A stretch of DNA of 64,000 bases from Welwitschia mirabilis (lineage: Eukaryota): positions 29,100,168 to 29,164,167 of the forward strand of contig JBOZIK010000001.1 of assembly GCA_051453625.1 (NCBI GenBank), given 5' to 3'. Below, piece by piece: positions 26,423 through 40,440 of the stretch. The translations under genes and the position numbers were made by a program. Below the pieces are notes generated by a model. The model ran no database searches and was not told where the DNA came from. It saw nothing but the letters and a program-made list of their open reading frames with translations. Each line of letters begins with the position of its first letter. The first letter of the stretch is position 1.

Positions 26423-27744
26423 TGACGTTATAATTAAGTTAATTAACCAATCTATCTAAATGAAAGACATTAATATAACTAATTTATCATAAAAATATAT
26501 CTTCTATTATTTTTCTCTATTAATATTGAACTTATCATTTGTTCATGACCTTTTTAAGATACTTATCACATTTTGAAGGATAGGTTAAAAGTTGATAATC
26601 ATTTAAGACAAAACACTCATGTTGTTATTTAAGTTAAGTTATTTTTCAAAGAATGTTTCAAATCTCATGTTCCTAGATTTTCATGGGAAATTAATCCAAA
26701 TGAAGTTATGATTCTTATCAAATTTTACATAAGAAATAGCTTGCGTGCTTGATGATACATAGTAGTGATAATGGTGATACATAGTAGTAACATGTGACAT
26801 TAATGAGTAAGATGACAGTGGAAAGACATGATGATGACAAGGATTAGCAAAAGTAACAACATCCATTAATTGAGTATTAGCCTTATTATAATGATATCTA
26901 TCAAATGTAAAAGATAATAAACACACTATCTAAGGCCTTTATTAAATAACTGCTCACTTAATGCTATAACCCAAAGGCTTCTAACCACATCCCACCCTCC
27001 ATCATTCCCTCTAAAAGAGCCTTAATTCCTACATTGTAACATCCTTCATTTTAACAAAAAATTAAACCTTTAGAATGTGAAGTCATAATGGAATTCTACA
27101 CACTTATTTGGGAAGTGAGCTTTCTTTTAAGGATAACTTGAGAAGTTCTATAAGCATCCCTTTTCTTTTGATGAAATCTATTTTCTTGAACACATGAAAG
27201 TTATTGTTCTTTTAATTTCAAGTTCCAAGTCATTTTGTACTTGGAATACTTAGGTAAAAACTTAATTTTCATGTTTCATTTTTATTTGAGTGAATTCCTT
27301 AGTTACTTGATTTAGGTCACTGTAATCTTATAGATTCTAAGTACCTAAGATTCTTTCTTTCCATTTTTATTATAAGGATTTGAAGGATGAAGTGATAATT
27401 AAGTTCACTAATATTCATATGATGAATGAGATTATATTACTATGATCCAATCTAATAAACTTGATAGTTTGAAGTTTGTTGCAAGAAAAGCATTAGGATA
27501 TCATTAAAGTAAAGGATTTCTAGTAAATAAGTCAGTAAATACTTGGAGTGCATTTGCTTCTTTCCTTTTCCAAATTAAATTTTCTAAACTACTACTCTCA
27601 TCTATTCTATTTTTCTTTACCTATTTGTAACTTAGGAAATATAAGAGTGTGTAACTTATGAAAGCCTACCTTAGTTATTCTTATAAAAAGAATAATACTA
27701 AGTATAAGCATAGTTAAATCTAATTCATTATATTAAACAAGTGA
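26423..27744 (+). repeat. Putative 5' LTR of a second Athila-like element
   Basis: Begins TGAC where the chromovirus RNase H is cut off. It has a gtgatacatagtagtaacatgtgaca block resembling the LTRs at 45741-47172 and 51989-53344, and is followed by PBS-like tgacactgatttcaagga (~27750). Boundaries are approximate. Confidence 0.5.
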
Positions 27745-28849
27745 GATTTTGACACTGATTTCAAGGATAATAGCAGAGTACCTACTCAAAAGAGTACAAA
27801 TTCTCTTTCTTGGAAGTTTTATATCTTTTTATTTTTCTTGTAATAAGTACTAGTCCTCTCTTATGATACCTAATTTATCCTCTTTTTTCTTTATTTTTTG
27901 TATTTTCCAAAAGTTGGTATTAGTTATTTAAGTGATACTAGGATTGGTTATATTTTAGATTTTCTTTTTTTTTTTTTTTTGCTCTAGCTTAGCTTTTTGT
28001 GTAGTTTTAAGAGTGTTCTTGTAGGCTACAATAGGAGAAAAAACTAAAAAAATTTTAACTGATGCACTTTTTTTTTATTTTCTACATAGTTTAATTGTTT
28101 GGATGAATTCATGCATCAAACATTAAAAATGTAAAAATTTTCTAATATAATTAAAGTTTTCTTTCATGTGCACTTATTTTTTCTATTTTTGTTTTATTTT
28201 TCTATCATTCCAATATGTTAAAAGTTCTATAGGCATATGTAAATCTTATGATTTTTCTCTAACCAAAACACATGTCTTAACCAATGTCACCATCCTCCCT
28301 AATTGATGCCACTAATGCTCTTTCTTAACAGACTCTAAAATGTTTTTTGAATCCTTTTTAAAATTTCTAAACCTCTATTTTTTTGGCTTTATTCAAAATC
28401 ATTCCATACCTTCTTTGAAACTTGATTTTAGCTTTACATGCTTGGATCCATGACAAGTTATATAGGTTAATCTAAAATCCCTTAAATAATATGGATTCTT
28501 TTTCTAATTAAAGATAATAAAGCCATGATAACAACCCAATGAAATAAGCTTTTTCTTCTCAATAAAGTCCAAATAACAATTAAAGTAAAAACTTTTAATC
28601 TCAGTAATAAAATCCAAATGATCCACTCATTTTCTGACTTCCCCTAAATGGATCGTTGTCAAACTGAGAACTAATTAACTACTTAACTATGTATTACCTT
28701 TCCAAAAAAGCAATTAAATAAAAAGTACTATAACCAATAGTATTAACCTAAGAAAATGCTTTATAACTATCTTTAACCATAATTCTTAGGGATCTCATTT
28801 TACATGGTATAACTTTTCATAAAAGAAAGGTTAGAGTTCAAGTCTTTTA

Positions 28850-30451
28850 TGTCATGTTCATACTTTTAAGGTTCAAGTTTCTGAATAATTATTAATATTA
28901 TAAAGCCTTAAGCTAGTTTAATTATTACATGTATTTATTTTCTAGTTTCAAGTATGCAATTTTCATAGTGAAAATTTTAAGCAATAGTTTCCCACATTTT
29001 GTTGTAATTATAATATTCCCTTATTAAAAATTCTTAGTGATTTATTTTTTATTCTTGCAGTTAAATCATTATAACTATTATACTTTTAATTATTTTAACT
29101 AGAAAATAGTTTTTATGTGGTTTTAAAAATTACTTATTATCTGACTTATATTACACTATATGTGGAGCATTATTATTTATTTTTGTTATATTAATGCACG
29201 TAGTGGCCTAGCAAGGGAACAATAAGAGTCATAGAATTTCCATCACTTCCACCACTTCCACCACACCACTACCACCACTTTTAACACTTTCACCAATATC
29301 TTATCATGATATCTATTCATCATCCCATACTTTATACTATAAATATGACCTTTCTCTTCTCATATTTTAGATCCTGAGAAAGTTCTTATTATTCAATATT
29401 ATGATCTTAATTTTGGAGCTCAGAAAAGCCTTGGGGCCTTGAAAACTCTGGAAGCTCTTATTCTTTATTTTAATTCATGTATGATTTATAGTCTTTTATC
29501 TTATTTCTTATATGGTTTTATGGTCTTAATTTTACTCCTTGATGGGTCTTGATGTTTCTTTTATTTTTTTGCATGATTCTTTTCTTTTACATCTCGAATA
29601 GTCTTAATTTTTGAATGATTTCCATATTCATGTAATTTTTGTATGGTTGTTCTATTGATGAAGTTTGCATGATCTGTTTAGACTACATACATCTCATATT
29701 AGTGTTGTCTACATACTTGTTTAAGCATTATAACAAGTTATTTACTTGACTTGTTCTAGATATTAACCTTGGCTGATGATTTTTAAATAAGGAAGCTAAA
29801 ATAGGATAACCAGTTGTTCAAACTTTAGATATAGATTTTTTTTAAAGAAAGTCCTAAGGTCATGGGATCAAAATTCTAGGATGAATAGGAAAAACATGAC
29901 CGATTTACCATTTGTCTTTCATAGATTTTGTGCATCTAGATTATCAGCATCTGTTATGAAGTAACAGTAAAGAAGATTAACTGAAATGGAACCTTGGTCA
30001 TTTATGGTTTATTATTGTTATTTCTTATTTTGTGATGATTTCATAATTATAATATCATATTATATGTGTAGGTTTAGATCCTGGCATGAATTTGGATCAT
30101 TGAGAAAGAAGTGCTTGTTGCTAATGGCTTGGGATACTTTTCTACTGATTTTATACTTAATGTACTTGAAATTGTAAAATGTGAAAGAGTACTATTATTG
30201 TAAATTTTTTATGAATGTTTTGTAAACATTGTAACTCTTCTTTTAGCCCATGATGCTATTTTAAATTTGACTTGTTCTTTTCATGTTATTATCATGTTGT
30301 AATTGATTTTTTATAATCACATTATGGTATTAGATTAAGATTTTGATTAAAATATGATAAATTTTTAATTTAGTGCATAGTCATGTCGAGGAACTTGAAA
30401 ACATTACATTAAGTAAGATTCATAGTTTTGATTTAAAATGAGGAAGTTACA
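28850..30451 (+). repeat. 5' LTR, family C
   Basis: TGTCATG...GTTACA; colinear with 34917-36624; contains a CCA-rich tract at ~29240-29295. Confidence 0.9.
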
Positions 30452-30454
30452 ATT

Positions 30455-30466
30455 TGGTGTCAAAGT
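30455..30466 (+). promoter_or_regulatory. Decayed tRNA-iMet primer-binding site
   Basis: tggtgtcaaagt resembles TGGTATCAGAGC and lies 3 nt after the LTR end. Confidence 0.75.
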
Positions 30467-31369
30467 ACCTAGGCTATAATTTCACTAGTAATATTTATGA
30501 TGAATTAATTATACATATTATTGAATTATTAGTTAAATATAAAAAGTAAAATACCAAATTTAACATGTCTAAGATAAAAATATTTTTCTAAACATAAATA
30601 TTAAGGAAGATGTACTTCTAACAAGAATAGAAATTAGGAACAAGACCCACATATGATGAATAACTATCACTTAGGATGGAAGTTGGTATTTGAGCCACCT
30701 TAAATTTCAATATATATTTTCTTATGCAAATGGAAAAGGGCCTCTAAAATTCCCTTACAACATTCTTATAACTTTATGATAAGAGAAGGAATAGTTTTAT
30801 GAATTCTATGCATTGCCTTAAATCGCTTCTTGCTGACTTTATAAATTATTATTAACAAGTAAAATGGGTGAGTATTTTAAACTATGATGAAAGAAGCTTA
30901 TGAGAAAGAGGCAGAGGCCCACATATCCAACTTAAAAGAAAATGTGTGCACTACTATAGTTATTATATAATTCTAGAAAAATGGATGAGGAGGAGTCATT
31001 ATCCAAAAGAGGACCCACATGTGATGTGTAGATGACATTAAAGAAAAGAGGTAAATTATGAATAATGTATAGATTCAAAACCCAAACATTTTCTTTAATT
31101 TTTCCCCTTCATTACCACCACACCAGCTAAAGGGACATTAAGCTAATCAAATATCTAAATATTAATTGAGAATCACTATTATTTTTTTCAAATGAAATTC
31201 AACATAGATGTTCATGATTATAGTATTGCCGAATCTATGAGGTATTAGAAAGTATGATTCAATCATGTGGAAGACATCATAAGAGATGATCTTATTTTTA
31301 GATGATTAATAAGAACCTCATAACAAGGAGGAATAAGGTGTCTTATGAAATTTAAATTTTTCTTTTATT

Positions 31370-32900
31370 TTTCTACCTAGTTCTACAATTTTATTCCTCC
31401 ATTTTATTGTCTTCCCTCTCTAAAAAGCTAAAATCTTAATCTCTCCATTCATGATGTTTTCTCCATTAAATGGTATAACAAATGTCTAAGTTATTCTCAA
31501 CCAGAAATCTAGGATCCATAATGTGGCTGCAAAGTGGAAGAAATAGCCCTCCTCTAGAGAATCTAATTTCTTACCATTGGATTATTAGACATAGCACATG
31601 CTATTCCTTATTATAGTAAGGTAATTAACACCTACAATGTCCTTCCAAAACATCACTAGTCCTCTATAAATTATAATTATTTGGTCACCATTCTAGACCT
31701 CCACATCTCATTTTCACATTTGTTAAAATTGTAATCTGCAATATCATGCTATAATGCTAGTAAATCTTCTCTTAAAGGCCACTAATACTTTTAAACTATA
31801 AGATGCTCATTTTCTTTCATATGTAGAGCTAATTTTCATGACATTCATTATGACCAATTTTTGTTTTACTCCCTAGAAAACATCTTTTCCAAGTGCATCT
31901 TAAATATCTTATCTTATTATTAATTTACTAATTTTTCACTCTCCAAGATGTTATTTTTGCAACACTAGAAGCTTAGGCATTTTTTCCTCACTTGTAAAAC
32001 CAATTTAAAGTAGATCAATTTGACCATTCCCACTACCTCCTAAAATCAGTTGAACATTAATGAATATAACTATGTTATAAGAATAATTAATCACTCAAAT
32101 GCATACTTGATCCTTCTCTTCCTTCTGCATAACATTATAATGTGTTACCTCACTAACTTTTCTTCATTCTAATGCCTATTATATATTTAATAATGTCCAT
32201 CCTTTCTATTGATGCTTCTATTTTCATACTTCTTTAATACTCTTTTTTAGTGTGGGGTTGTTTATCTTGACAATGTAATATGCAAGCCTCTTGGAATTTC
32301 TCTAATGTAAAGTAGACCGTAAGAACTTATGCATTTGTAGAAGTATAAGTTTACATGATGATGATAGGAAAATAATAAAAGAAGTAAGAATTAATATAAT
32401 CACCAAAGTAAACAATGTAATTTGCAATTGCCTTTATTAATTAACTATGTTCATACTTTTTTGCCATTGGAAGATCATTTCTTATTTTATATGTTTGGAA
32501 ACAATTATACTTGAAGGATGTTACAAATCTTGAGGTAGAATTTTACATAGATAGATTTGAACAGAAGGTCATGCATTCCTCTATTTAGTAATTGTAGTTG
32601 GAAAAGGAACATTTTGTAAGTGTTTAGTAGAATCCTCATATTTTTAAATTTTTTATTAACTTGAGTTTAAACTTTCATGAAAGATAAGCTAAATCCAAGC
32701 ATAATAGAGACATAGAGTCCTAAAAGGAAGCTTGCTGCACTTTTGCAAAAGATAAATTTCTTAATCTTGAATGAAAAGCTTCATAATCATGATGTCCCTT
32801 CTTTTAGTTAACACCCAACATGTCTCTATGACACATGCCATTACTCTAGTTTTTCTTGATCAAACCCATGATTTCATTTGGCTATTGATCATCTACAAAA
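31370..32900 (-). mobile_element. L1-like LINE remnant (ORF1 DUF4283-like region plus ORF2 endonuclease N-terminus)
   Basis: Minus strand, in the expected order: MFLFQL (~32600), IRNDLPM (~32475), SIIA*YCR (~31745, cf. xxSWNCRG), RGLVMFWK (~31650, cf. GGLxxxWK). Boundaries are approximate. Confidence 0.55.
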
Positions 32901-34319
32901 TAATCTTAAGTAAAACTCTTTATCATCTTATTTCACAGTAGGTGATATNNNNNNNNNNTAATTGGTTATGTAACATGTTATAAGATGGTTATTAAGAGGT
33001 CTTGTGTTTAAATTTTTACAACATTTTAAATAGCTAAACTATATGGCAAAAAGCAATTTTAAGATATGCCCTAAGTGTAAATGAAACATAGATTTATATC
33101 CTTAGCTAAGAGAAAATAATAAACATATATATTAATAAATTTTATACTAACTCTCATTGGGTAAAAAGCAAGAATTATTTTTTTATAAATTGGCTTGAAG
33201 TAGAACTCTTTTAAGCAAGACTAGTTATATCCTTACTAACTTTAAAGAATGATAATTACATTTCCTTATTATTGTTTTATTTATAACTTCAAAACATTTT
33301 TTTTTGCCATGTGTAAATGAATTAACTTTAATATCTCTTCCCATATGTCTGAATCTCATTAAATATGTTACATCCTTAAGGTTTAAATAGAAATTTTGTC
33401 TAGGAAATTCTTAGAATTGTTCAATTTCCCTTTGTTCTAATTAGTATCTTTTTACTAAAAATATGAATTGAACAAGATTTCCTAAATTTATTAAAATTAT
33501 TCCTTTACTTTTATGTATGTACATCAATATTTGTTACCATATCCTTCTATCCCATATTCGAAAATGCATGAAATAATAATACAACCATTTAATTCTATGT
33601 TTTAATTCTTACCAGTGAGAAGGTAGAATCTTTTAAATGCCTTAAAATAAATAACAATTTATAGACATTTCATAATGACTTATAAAAATATTCAATGTCT
33701 TCTCTTTATATATATGCTAATGTGAGGTTTGATTTATAAATGAATTATTAGTTTATTTAGTTAGGTTTCTTATCCTTTGACTTGTCTTAGTAATATATAT
33801 ATATATATCATTATTAACAAATCTTCAAATAATCATTTGTCTTGAAAGCATATCATATTCCTTGGTTAGCTATCTATACTAATCAGGTTCTCTTTCTTAG
33901 TCACCTTTGACCTACACATTTTAAGCCTTAGTTACATGATAAGTCTTAACTAACTAATCCTATTACTATATGATTAAATTTTATAATTTTATGCTACTTG
34001 ATCTTATGATTAGACTTGCTTACTCTTAGTTAATCTAACAACTCTCGTGTTTGGTCTATCTTTGCATAACTTTGGCCTTATTTCACTCATTTTGTTATTG
34101 ACATGTTAGATTCTAAAGTGCTACATTAAACATATGAATCTTTGAAGTGGAAATTCAACTAAATTCTACAAGTAGAAGTGCCAAAAAGGCATTGCAAAAA
34201 AAAAAAAAAAAAGGCGCATACAATAAAGGAGTGGAAGATACTTACATTATAAGCTGGGTCTTGAAGAATTTTGACATTACATCCTTATAGGTGACTATCA
34301 TGGCTTGACGTAAAAGATT

Positions 34320-34520
34320 TTTTTATTGTAACATTTAATATAATATAGTTTTATAACAATATTTAATCTTAAAGATTTATATTTAATAGGCCAAGATTAT
34401 TTTGATTTGGTTAAGGCAAGGACGTCATTGAGATTTTTTTGTCTTATGAAAATGAATGGTTTTCAACCATCTGTATGTATATATAATTGTATTCTTAGAG
34501 TTCTTTCTCAAAGCAATTAT
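34320..34520 (+). pseudogene. Pentatricopeptide-repeat (PPR)-like gene fragment
   Basis: ARTSLRFFCLMKMNGFQPSVCIYNCILRVLS fits the P-type PPR pattern A..lF..M...G..P....YN.ll. An upstream IVTFNII resembles the start of a preceding repeat. Confidence 0.6.
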
Positions 34521-34916
34521 GTATTCTATATTCAACCTCTTATGAAGTTATGCTATAAATGGAAAAGATTAAAATTTTATAAAAGAGTCTCCTTTTGTGT
34601 AATTAAAGTTGATATACAAATTTTCAAGAAAATGTCAAGAAGTCAAAGAGTATAAGAAGAGAATTTCTAAAGGCATAATCATTCTAGACATAAGAAATGA
34701 TTGATGTTATCATGACAATTAATATCTTTAATTAGTAGGCATTTGGAAAACATTTCAACTGTTCAATAATTTATATGACATTGAATCAAGATAAATTCAA
34801 CTTTATGAAGTACAATAGTTAGGAGAGATAAAAGTAGAATCTACTTGAAAATATGATGAAGAACTAAGCCTTCTTACTTAAGTTTCAAGGATAAAATTTC
34901 TTAAGTGGTGGAGTAA

Positions 34917-36624
34917 TATCATGTGGATACTTTTAAGGTTGAAGTTTCTAAATAATTCTTTAAAGTTATAAAGCCTTAAGTTTGTTTAATTATTACATGT
35001 ATTTATTTTCTGATTTCCAGTGGTGCAATTTTTATAGTGAAAATTTTATGCATTAATTCCCAACATTTTTTAGTATTCATAATATTGCCTTATTGAAAAT
35101 TCTTAGTAATTTAAGTTTGATTCTCATGGTTAAATCATTATAACTATTGCACTTTTATTTCTTTTAACTAAAAAATAGTTTTTATTTAGTTTTTAAAATT
35201 ACTTGTGGCATGATTTAATTTATATTACATTTGGAGCATTATTATCTATTATTATGATATTAATGCACCCACAGGTCTGATAAGGAAGAAATAAGGGTTA
35301 TAGAATTTATACCACTTCTATCAATTCCACCACACCACTTGCACTACACCACTTTTATCACTTCCACCACTTCTACTAAACCACTTCCACTAATCTCTTA
35401 TCATGAATTCTTTTCGTCATATTATACTTTTTTTATAAATAGGATCTTCCTCTTCTCATATTTTACATCTTGTGAAAGTTCTTTCTAGTAAATCTTGCAA
35501 TCTTAATCTTAGAGATCAGAAAAGCCTTAGAGCCCTGTAAACTCTAGAAGCTCTAAGTTGTTATTTTAATTTGAGTATGGTTTAAGGTCTTTTATCTTAT
35601 TGCTTGTATGGTTTTATGATATTTATTTCATTCTTGTATGATTCTTGGTATTTCTTTTATTTTCTTACATGGCCCTTATCTTTTGCATCTTGAATAGTCT
35701 TTATTTTTGAATGATTTCCATATTCATGTAATTTTTGTATGATTGTTCTATCGATGAAGTTTTCATGATCTATATAGACTACATACATCTCATGCTAATG
35801 TTGTCTACATACTTATATCACAACCTTTTCCATCTTTTTTAATTCTTATGACAAATTATTAACTTGACTTATTTTGGATATCAACCTTGGCTAATGATTT
35901 TTAAATAATAAAACTAAAACTATCTATGGTAACCACTTATTTGGACTTTAGGGAGAGATGCTCTCTAAAGAGAGTACTAAGGCTATGGAACTCAACTTTT
36001 AGGATGAATAGGGATAATGTTACTAATTTACCATTTTTCCCTTCTAGATTATATGCAACTGGATTACTAGAATCTATTATGAAGTAACAGTAAAGAAGAT
36101 TACTTAAAATGGAGCTTTGGTTATTTCTAGATTATTCTTATTATACCTTCTTCATTTTAGAATTCCTTATCATTCCATACCTTGTCATGAATCATATTGG
36201 GAATTGTTATGATTTCATAATTCTCATACCATATTATATTTATAGGTTTAGATACTGGCATAGATTTAACTCATTGAGAAAGTGCTTGTTGCTAATGGCT
36301 TGAGATACTTTTGCTACTTATTTTATGCTTAATGTAGTTGAAGTTATAACATGTGAAAGAGTACTATTATTGTAAATTTTCTATGAATATTTTGTAAATA
36401 TTATAACACTTTTTTTAGCTCATGATACTATTGTAAATTTAACTTGTTCTTTGTCATGTTATTATCATGCTATAATTATCTCTTTATGATTACATTATGA
36501 TGTTAGATCAATATTTTGATTAAAATGTGATAAATTTTTAATTTAGTACATGGTCATGATGAGGAACATGAAAACATTGCATTAAGTAACATTCATAGTT
36601 TCAGTTTAAAATGAAGACATTATA
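34917..36624 (+). repeat. 3' LTR, family C
   Basis: Termini decayed to TATCATG...ATTATA; homologous to 28850-30451 and followed by the TSD TTTTA. Confidence 0.9.
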
Positions 36625-36629
36625 TTTTA

Positions 36630-39600
36630 CCGTCCAACTTTTGCCTCACTTCCATGGTTTATAATTTGAGCATTCATATTTGCATCTTAAGGAATTTGAA
36701 TGCCTCTTATTAGTAGTCCTCCAATATCTAGACATATTTGACACACTTAGGATCACCTTATTTGACATAAATAAAATGCAAAATCATGTCTCTATATCCT
36801 TAAGCTCTTATCCATTAAAACTTGATTTGACATAAATAATGCCTTTATACCAAATTTTTTTGCTAGTGATAAAATGAATGTCTTAAGAAAGGAAATAATG
36901 GACTACTAGTTAAAGGATCATAAAACATTTTTCTAAGCCCCATAAAGATTCAAATAAATATTACAAAAATGCCCTCAACATGGATTAAACCAAAGAGGAA
37001 AATACATATCTTTTATGATGGGTTATTCATAGATAATAGAAAATTGCAAAGATGATGAATAGGAAAATTTTCCTTAGCATTCCCTTAAGTAAAGTTTGGG
37101 AATACCTAGAAAGTGTAGCTAAAAGTTCCAAAAACTAGGATAATCCTAATAAACTGTTAAGATTCCATTATTCTATTAGATTCATAAGGATATTTAAGCT
37201 ACCTAAAAAGTTTAAGATTAACATAGAATACACAAATTATCAAAGAAATAAAAATCTATGATCACCTTACCCTCACCTTCAACTTTGATCAATAAATTAA
37301 TTTATTTAATTTGCCTTGACTAATTTTTCATTCATTAAACCATTGAGTATCATTCCATTCCTTTATTTTATAATACTATTAACAAGTAAGTTCATATGAT
37401 AGGGCACTAGAGGGAGGGCCAAAAAAATGACCCTTATTCTAATACATACAGTCCTAGATGGAATAATCACCTTAACTTTTCTTTAAAATAGGGGGATTTC
37501 AATAATAAAAACTAATTAAACCAACCAAGAAAGTCATTTTCTTCATCATCCTTTGATTCCTTTTCATTTAATTATTAAAAATCATCTTCATCCATCCACT
37601 TTAAGGGATTCAAAGAAAAGTTCATGAAGATCCAAGTATAACTTAATCATATTCATGATAAAAACTAATAAAAACTAAAGCAAAATTCCTCTTTATTAAT
37701 CAACATTTAATTGAATACTTAATCAAGCACCTAAGTTATTTAATAATGTAGTAAATCCAAATCCAAATTATCTCCATCCTAAATCAAAAGGAAATAAGAA
37801 AATTTCCTATGAGCTCTTAACCAAATCTCAAGGGAGTTAGGTTTACAAAAGGGATAGAATCAATATCCATAAAAAATATTAAGTACATTCACCTTTGAAG
37901 TGAAAAGGAGTTATAAAATATACCTATGCAAAATAAAACCAAGGAAAATTTGGTTTTCCTAGAAAACAAGAAAAAGGATTAAAAAAATGAGGAAAAATTT
38001 CTCATATATAAAGGGCCCTTACCTTTTTTTCCAATAATTTAGAAAGGACAATGTCATGAAAAAACAATTAGACACTTTAGAAATGTTAAAAGAAGTTAAG
38101 ATAAACATCCCTTTCCTAGAATCCATTAAGTAGACATATTTCTATATAAAATTCCTCAAAGACATGTGCACTGTGAAAAGATGCATGAATATAAAGAGCA
38201 AACCCTTCTTAGAGGAGCAAACAAGTGAGATTATTTAGAATTAATTTTTATCTACATATAAGGATTCTATATGTCCTACAATAACAATTCCCATAAGAAA
38301 TAAGCAAGTTAACTAAGCCTTATTTGACTTAGAAGCTCATGTAAAGTCTCTTCGCTACATAACCTATATAGAGTTATATTTGAAAGGACTTAAAAGTATA
38401 AAATTCCAACTTCAAATAGCCAATAATTCTATAAAAACCACATTAGAAGTTATAGAGAATGTCATTATTAGTTTTGATAGTTTTTAGTGCCTGGTAGATT
38501 TTGTAGTTTTAGACATGGAAAATACAACAAACTAATCAGTGTCTATTATTTTAGAAAGACACTTCCTAGCAACTTCAAATGTCTTATGTAGGAATGAATT
38601 AAAAACATCTCCTTTAGTAATATGATGATAGAATTAAATGTTTTAAATTCCATAAAATTTCCATTTAATGATAAAGAAGTATAACATGTGGATAGTATAA
38701 AAATACTTATAGAGGACCAAGAATCATCCACTTACTTTCCACAAATGGATGACTTAGACTCTTCTCAAAAATTATGGCCTATTACTTAGGATGAAATCAC
38801 CTTCAAACTTAAGCCTCTATCACATGATCTAAAATATGCTTTCTTAGAATAAAATTCCACCTTTTCCATAGTAAAGAATTCTTTCTTAATCTCATGCCAA
38901 GAAATTGAGTTATTAAATCTTTCAAGAAAGAATAAGTAAGCATCAGGATGAACTCCCTTTAATATTAAGGGTATTAACCTTAACATCTATATGCATCATA
39001 TTTACTCACCTTCAAACTTAAGCCTTTATCACATGATCTAAAATATGCTTTCTTAGAAGAAAATTCCATCTTTTCAATAGTAATCAATTCTTTCTTAATC
39101 TCATTCCAAGAAACTGAGTTGTTAAACCTTTTAAGAAAGAATAAGTAAGGACCAGGATGGACTATATCCAATATTAAGGGTATTAACCTTAACATCTACA
39201 TGCATCACATTTACTTAAAAGAGAATGCAAATCCATCAATAAAATTCCAAAGAAGAATACATCCAACTCAGAAGGAGATAGTAAAAATTGAAGTCATCAA
39301 ACTTTTAGACACTAGAATTATCTACCTTATCTCAGATAGTGAATAGATAAGTTTAAACTAAACTTTAGCAAAGTAATCCAAAATTATCCTAATTCTAAAT
39401 GAGCATAATGAATGTATCCCCACTAGATTTATAGTCTAATAGATAATGTGTGTAGATTATAGAAAATTAAATGCTATCTCTAGAAAATATTACTTTCCTT
39501 TCATTTATTAAATAAATCCTAGAATAACTTGTAGAAAATCCTTTTTAATTTTTTTTAAATGGGTACTTAGGATATAACAAAATAGAAATTTATATTGGAA

Positions 39601-39939
39601 ACTAATATAAAATCACTTTGAAATGCACTTATGCAGATGTTTCTTACAAAAGGATGTCTTTTAGATTATGTATTGCACTTGCAACATTTAAACATTGCAT
39701 ATTTTTGGTTTATTAGAGTAATGCATTCAAATATTTATGGATAACATCTTTCTCTATGAGATTCCTTTCAAGCATTATTTGCATAACTTACAACTTATCT
39801 TTACATAATGTATTAAGAAAATCCTTGTTCTTAATTGGGAAAATGTTACTTTATGATTAATAAAGACATAGTATTAGGATGTATTATCTCCTCCGAAGCA
39901 ATTTAAATAGATCCTATAAGGGTTTCTTTGATCACATAC
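36630..39939 (+). pseudogene. Second Athila-like gag-PR-RT pseudogene (gag start lies at ~28500-28849, before the family C insertion)
   Basis: EFKSF|TVQLLPHFHG across the insertion; CPQHGL; DPYSNTYSPRWNNHLNFS; VKINIPFLESIK, KFLKDMC; ALFDLEA; VDFVVLDME; EVIKLLDTRIIY; MCVDYRKLNA; LNGYLGYNKI; LVLNWEK. Confidence 0.92.
38797..39214 (+). repeat. Diverged 209-bp tandem duplication in the PR-RT linker
   Basis: Copies start tcaccttcaaacttaagcc at 38797 and 39006. They explain the two similar minus-strand ORFs in the track. Confidence 0.95.
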
Positions 39940-40440
39940 TATTGTGCTGCTAATTTATGGTTATTTAATGGGATTTTATGAGCTATTTTGTAGGACATTT
40001 ACATAAGTTTAGGTGCAATTCTGAGGATTTTGAAGAACTAATACAAGATCTTAAAAAATATGTAATTATTACTTAGATTTAATGCATTTAAGGCATATTT
40101 TGATATGCAAAGCATTGGAAGAAGATTATTGATAGAAAGGCTAGTTTCTTCTTTGTAAAATGATCAAAGAAGATTGTTTTCCCCTATGTCATCCACATGA
40201 TAGGAAAGACAATGAAATTGTTTAATTGCTAACATGGATGGCTAAATCACTGCTGAGTCACCATTCTGAGTCATCTTTTGTAATGAGATATCATCCCCCA
40301 TATAATCTAGATGATAGTCTAGATGACACTAACATGTAACTGACTCTGATAACCAACCCTTGACTATTTTATTTATTTCTTTTATGTAAAAAAGTGTCTT
40401 TTTGAAGTGCCTTCATTTGTCATTATCTATTATATCTTCC
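39940..40440 (+). repeat. Truncated LTR related to family A (5' ~500 bp)
   Basis: tattgtgctgctaatttatggttattt...ggattttatgagctattttg aligns with the 8640 and 14979 LTR starts and breaks off near 40440. Confidence 0.85.

Larger units (their letters stand above)
28850..36624 (+). mobile_element. Tekay/Del-like chromovirus LTR element with paired LTRs (family C), internally deleted and rearranged
   Basis: LTRs at 28850-30451 and 34917-36624; TSD TTTTA at 28845-28849 and 36625-36629; Met-type PBS; pre-LTR tract tttcaaggataaaatttcttaagtggtggag; weak integrase C-terminal/chromodomain traces at ~34530-34870. Confidence 0.88.

Noticed and set aside
38786..39195. Two paralogous minus-strand ORFs (MLRLIPLIL...) resembling a small gene family
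   Set aside because: They are antisense readings of the 209-bp duplication within pol.
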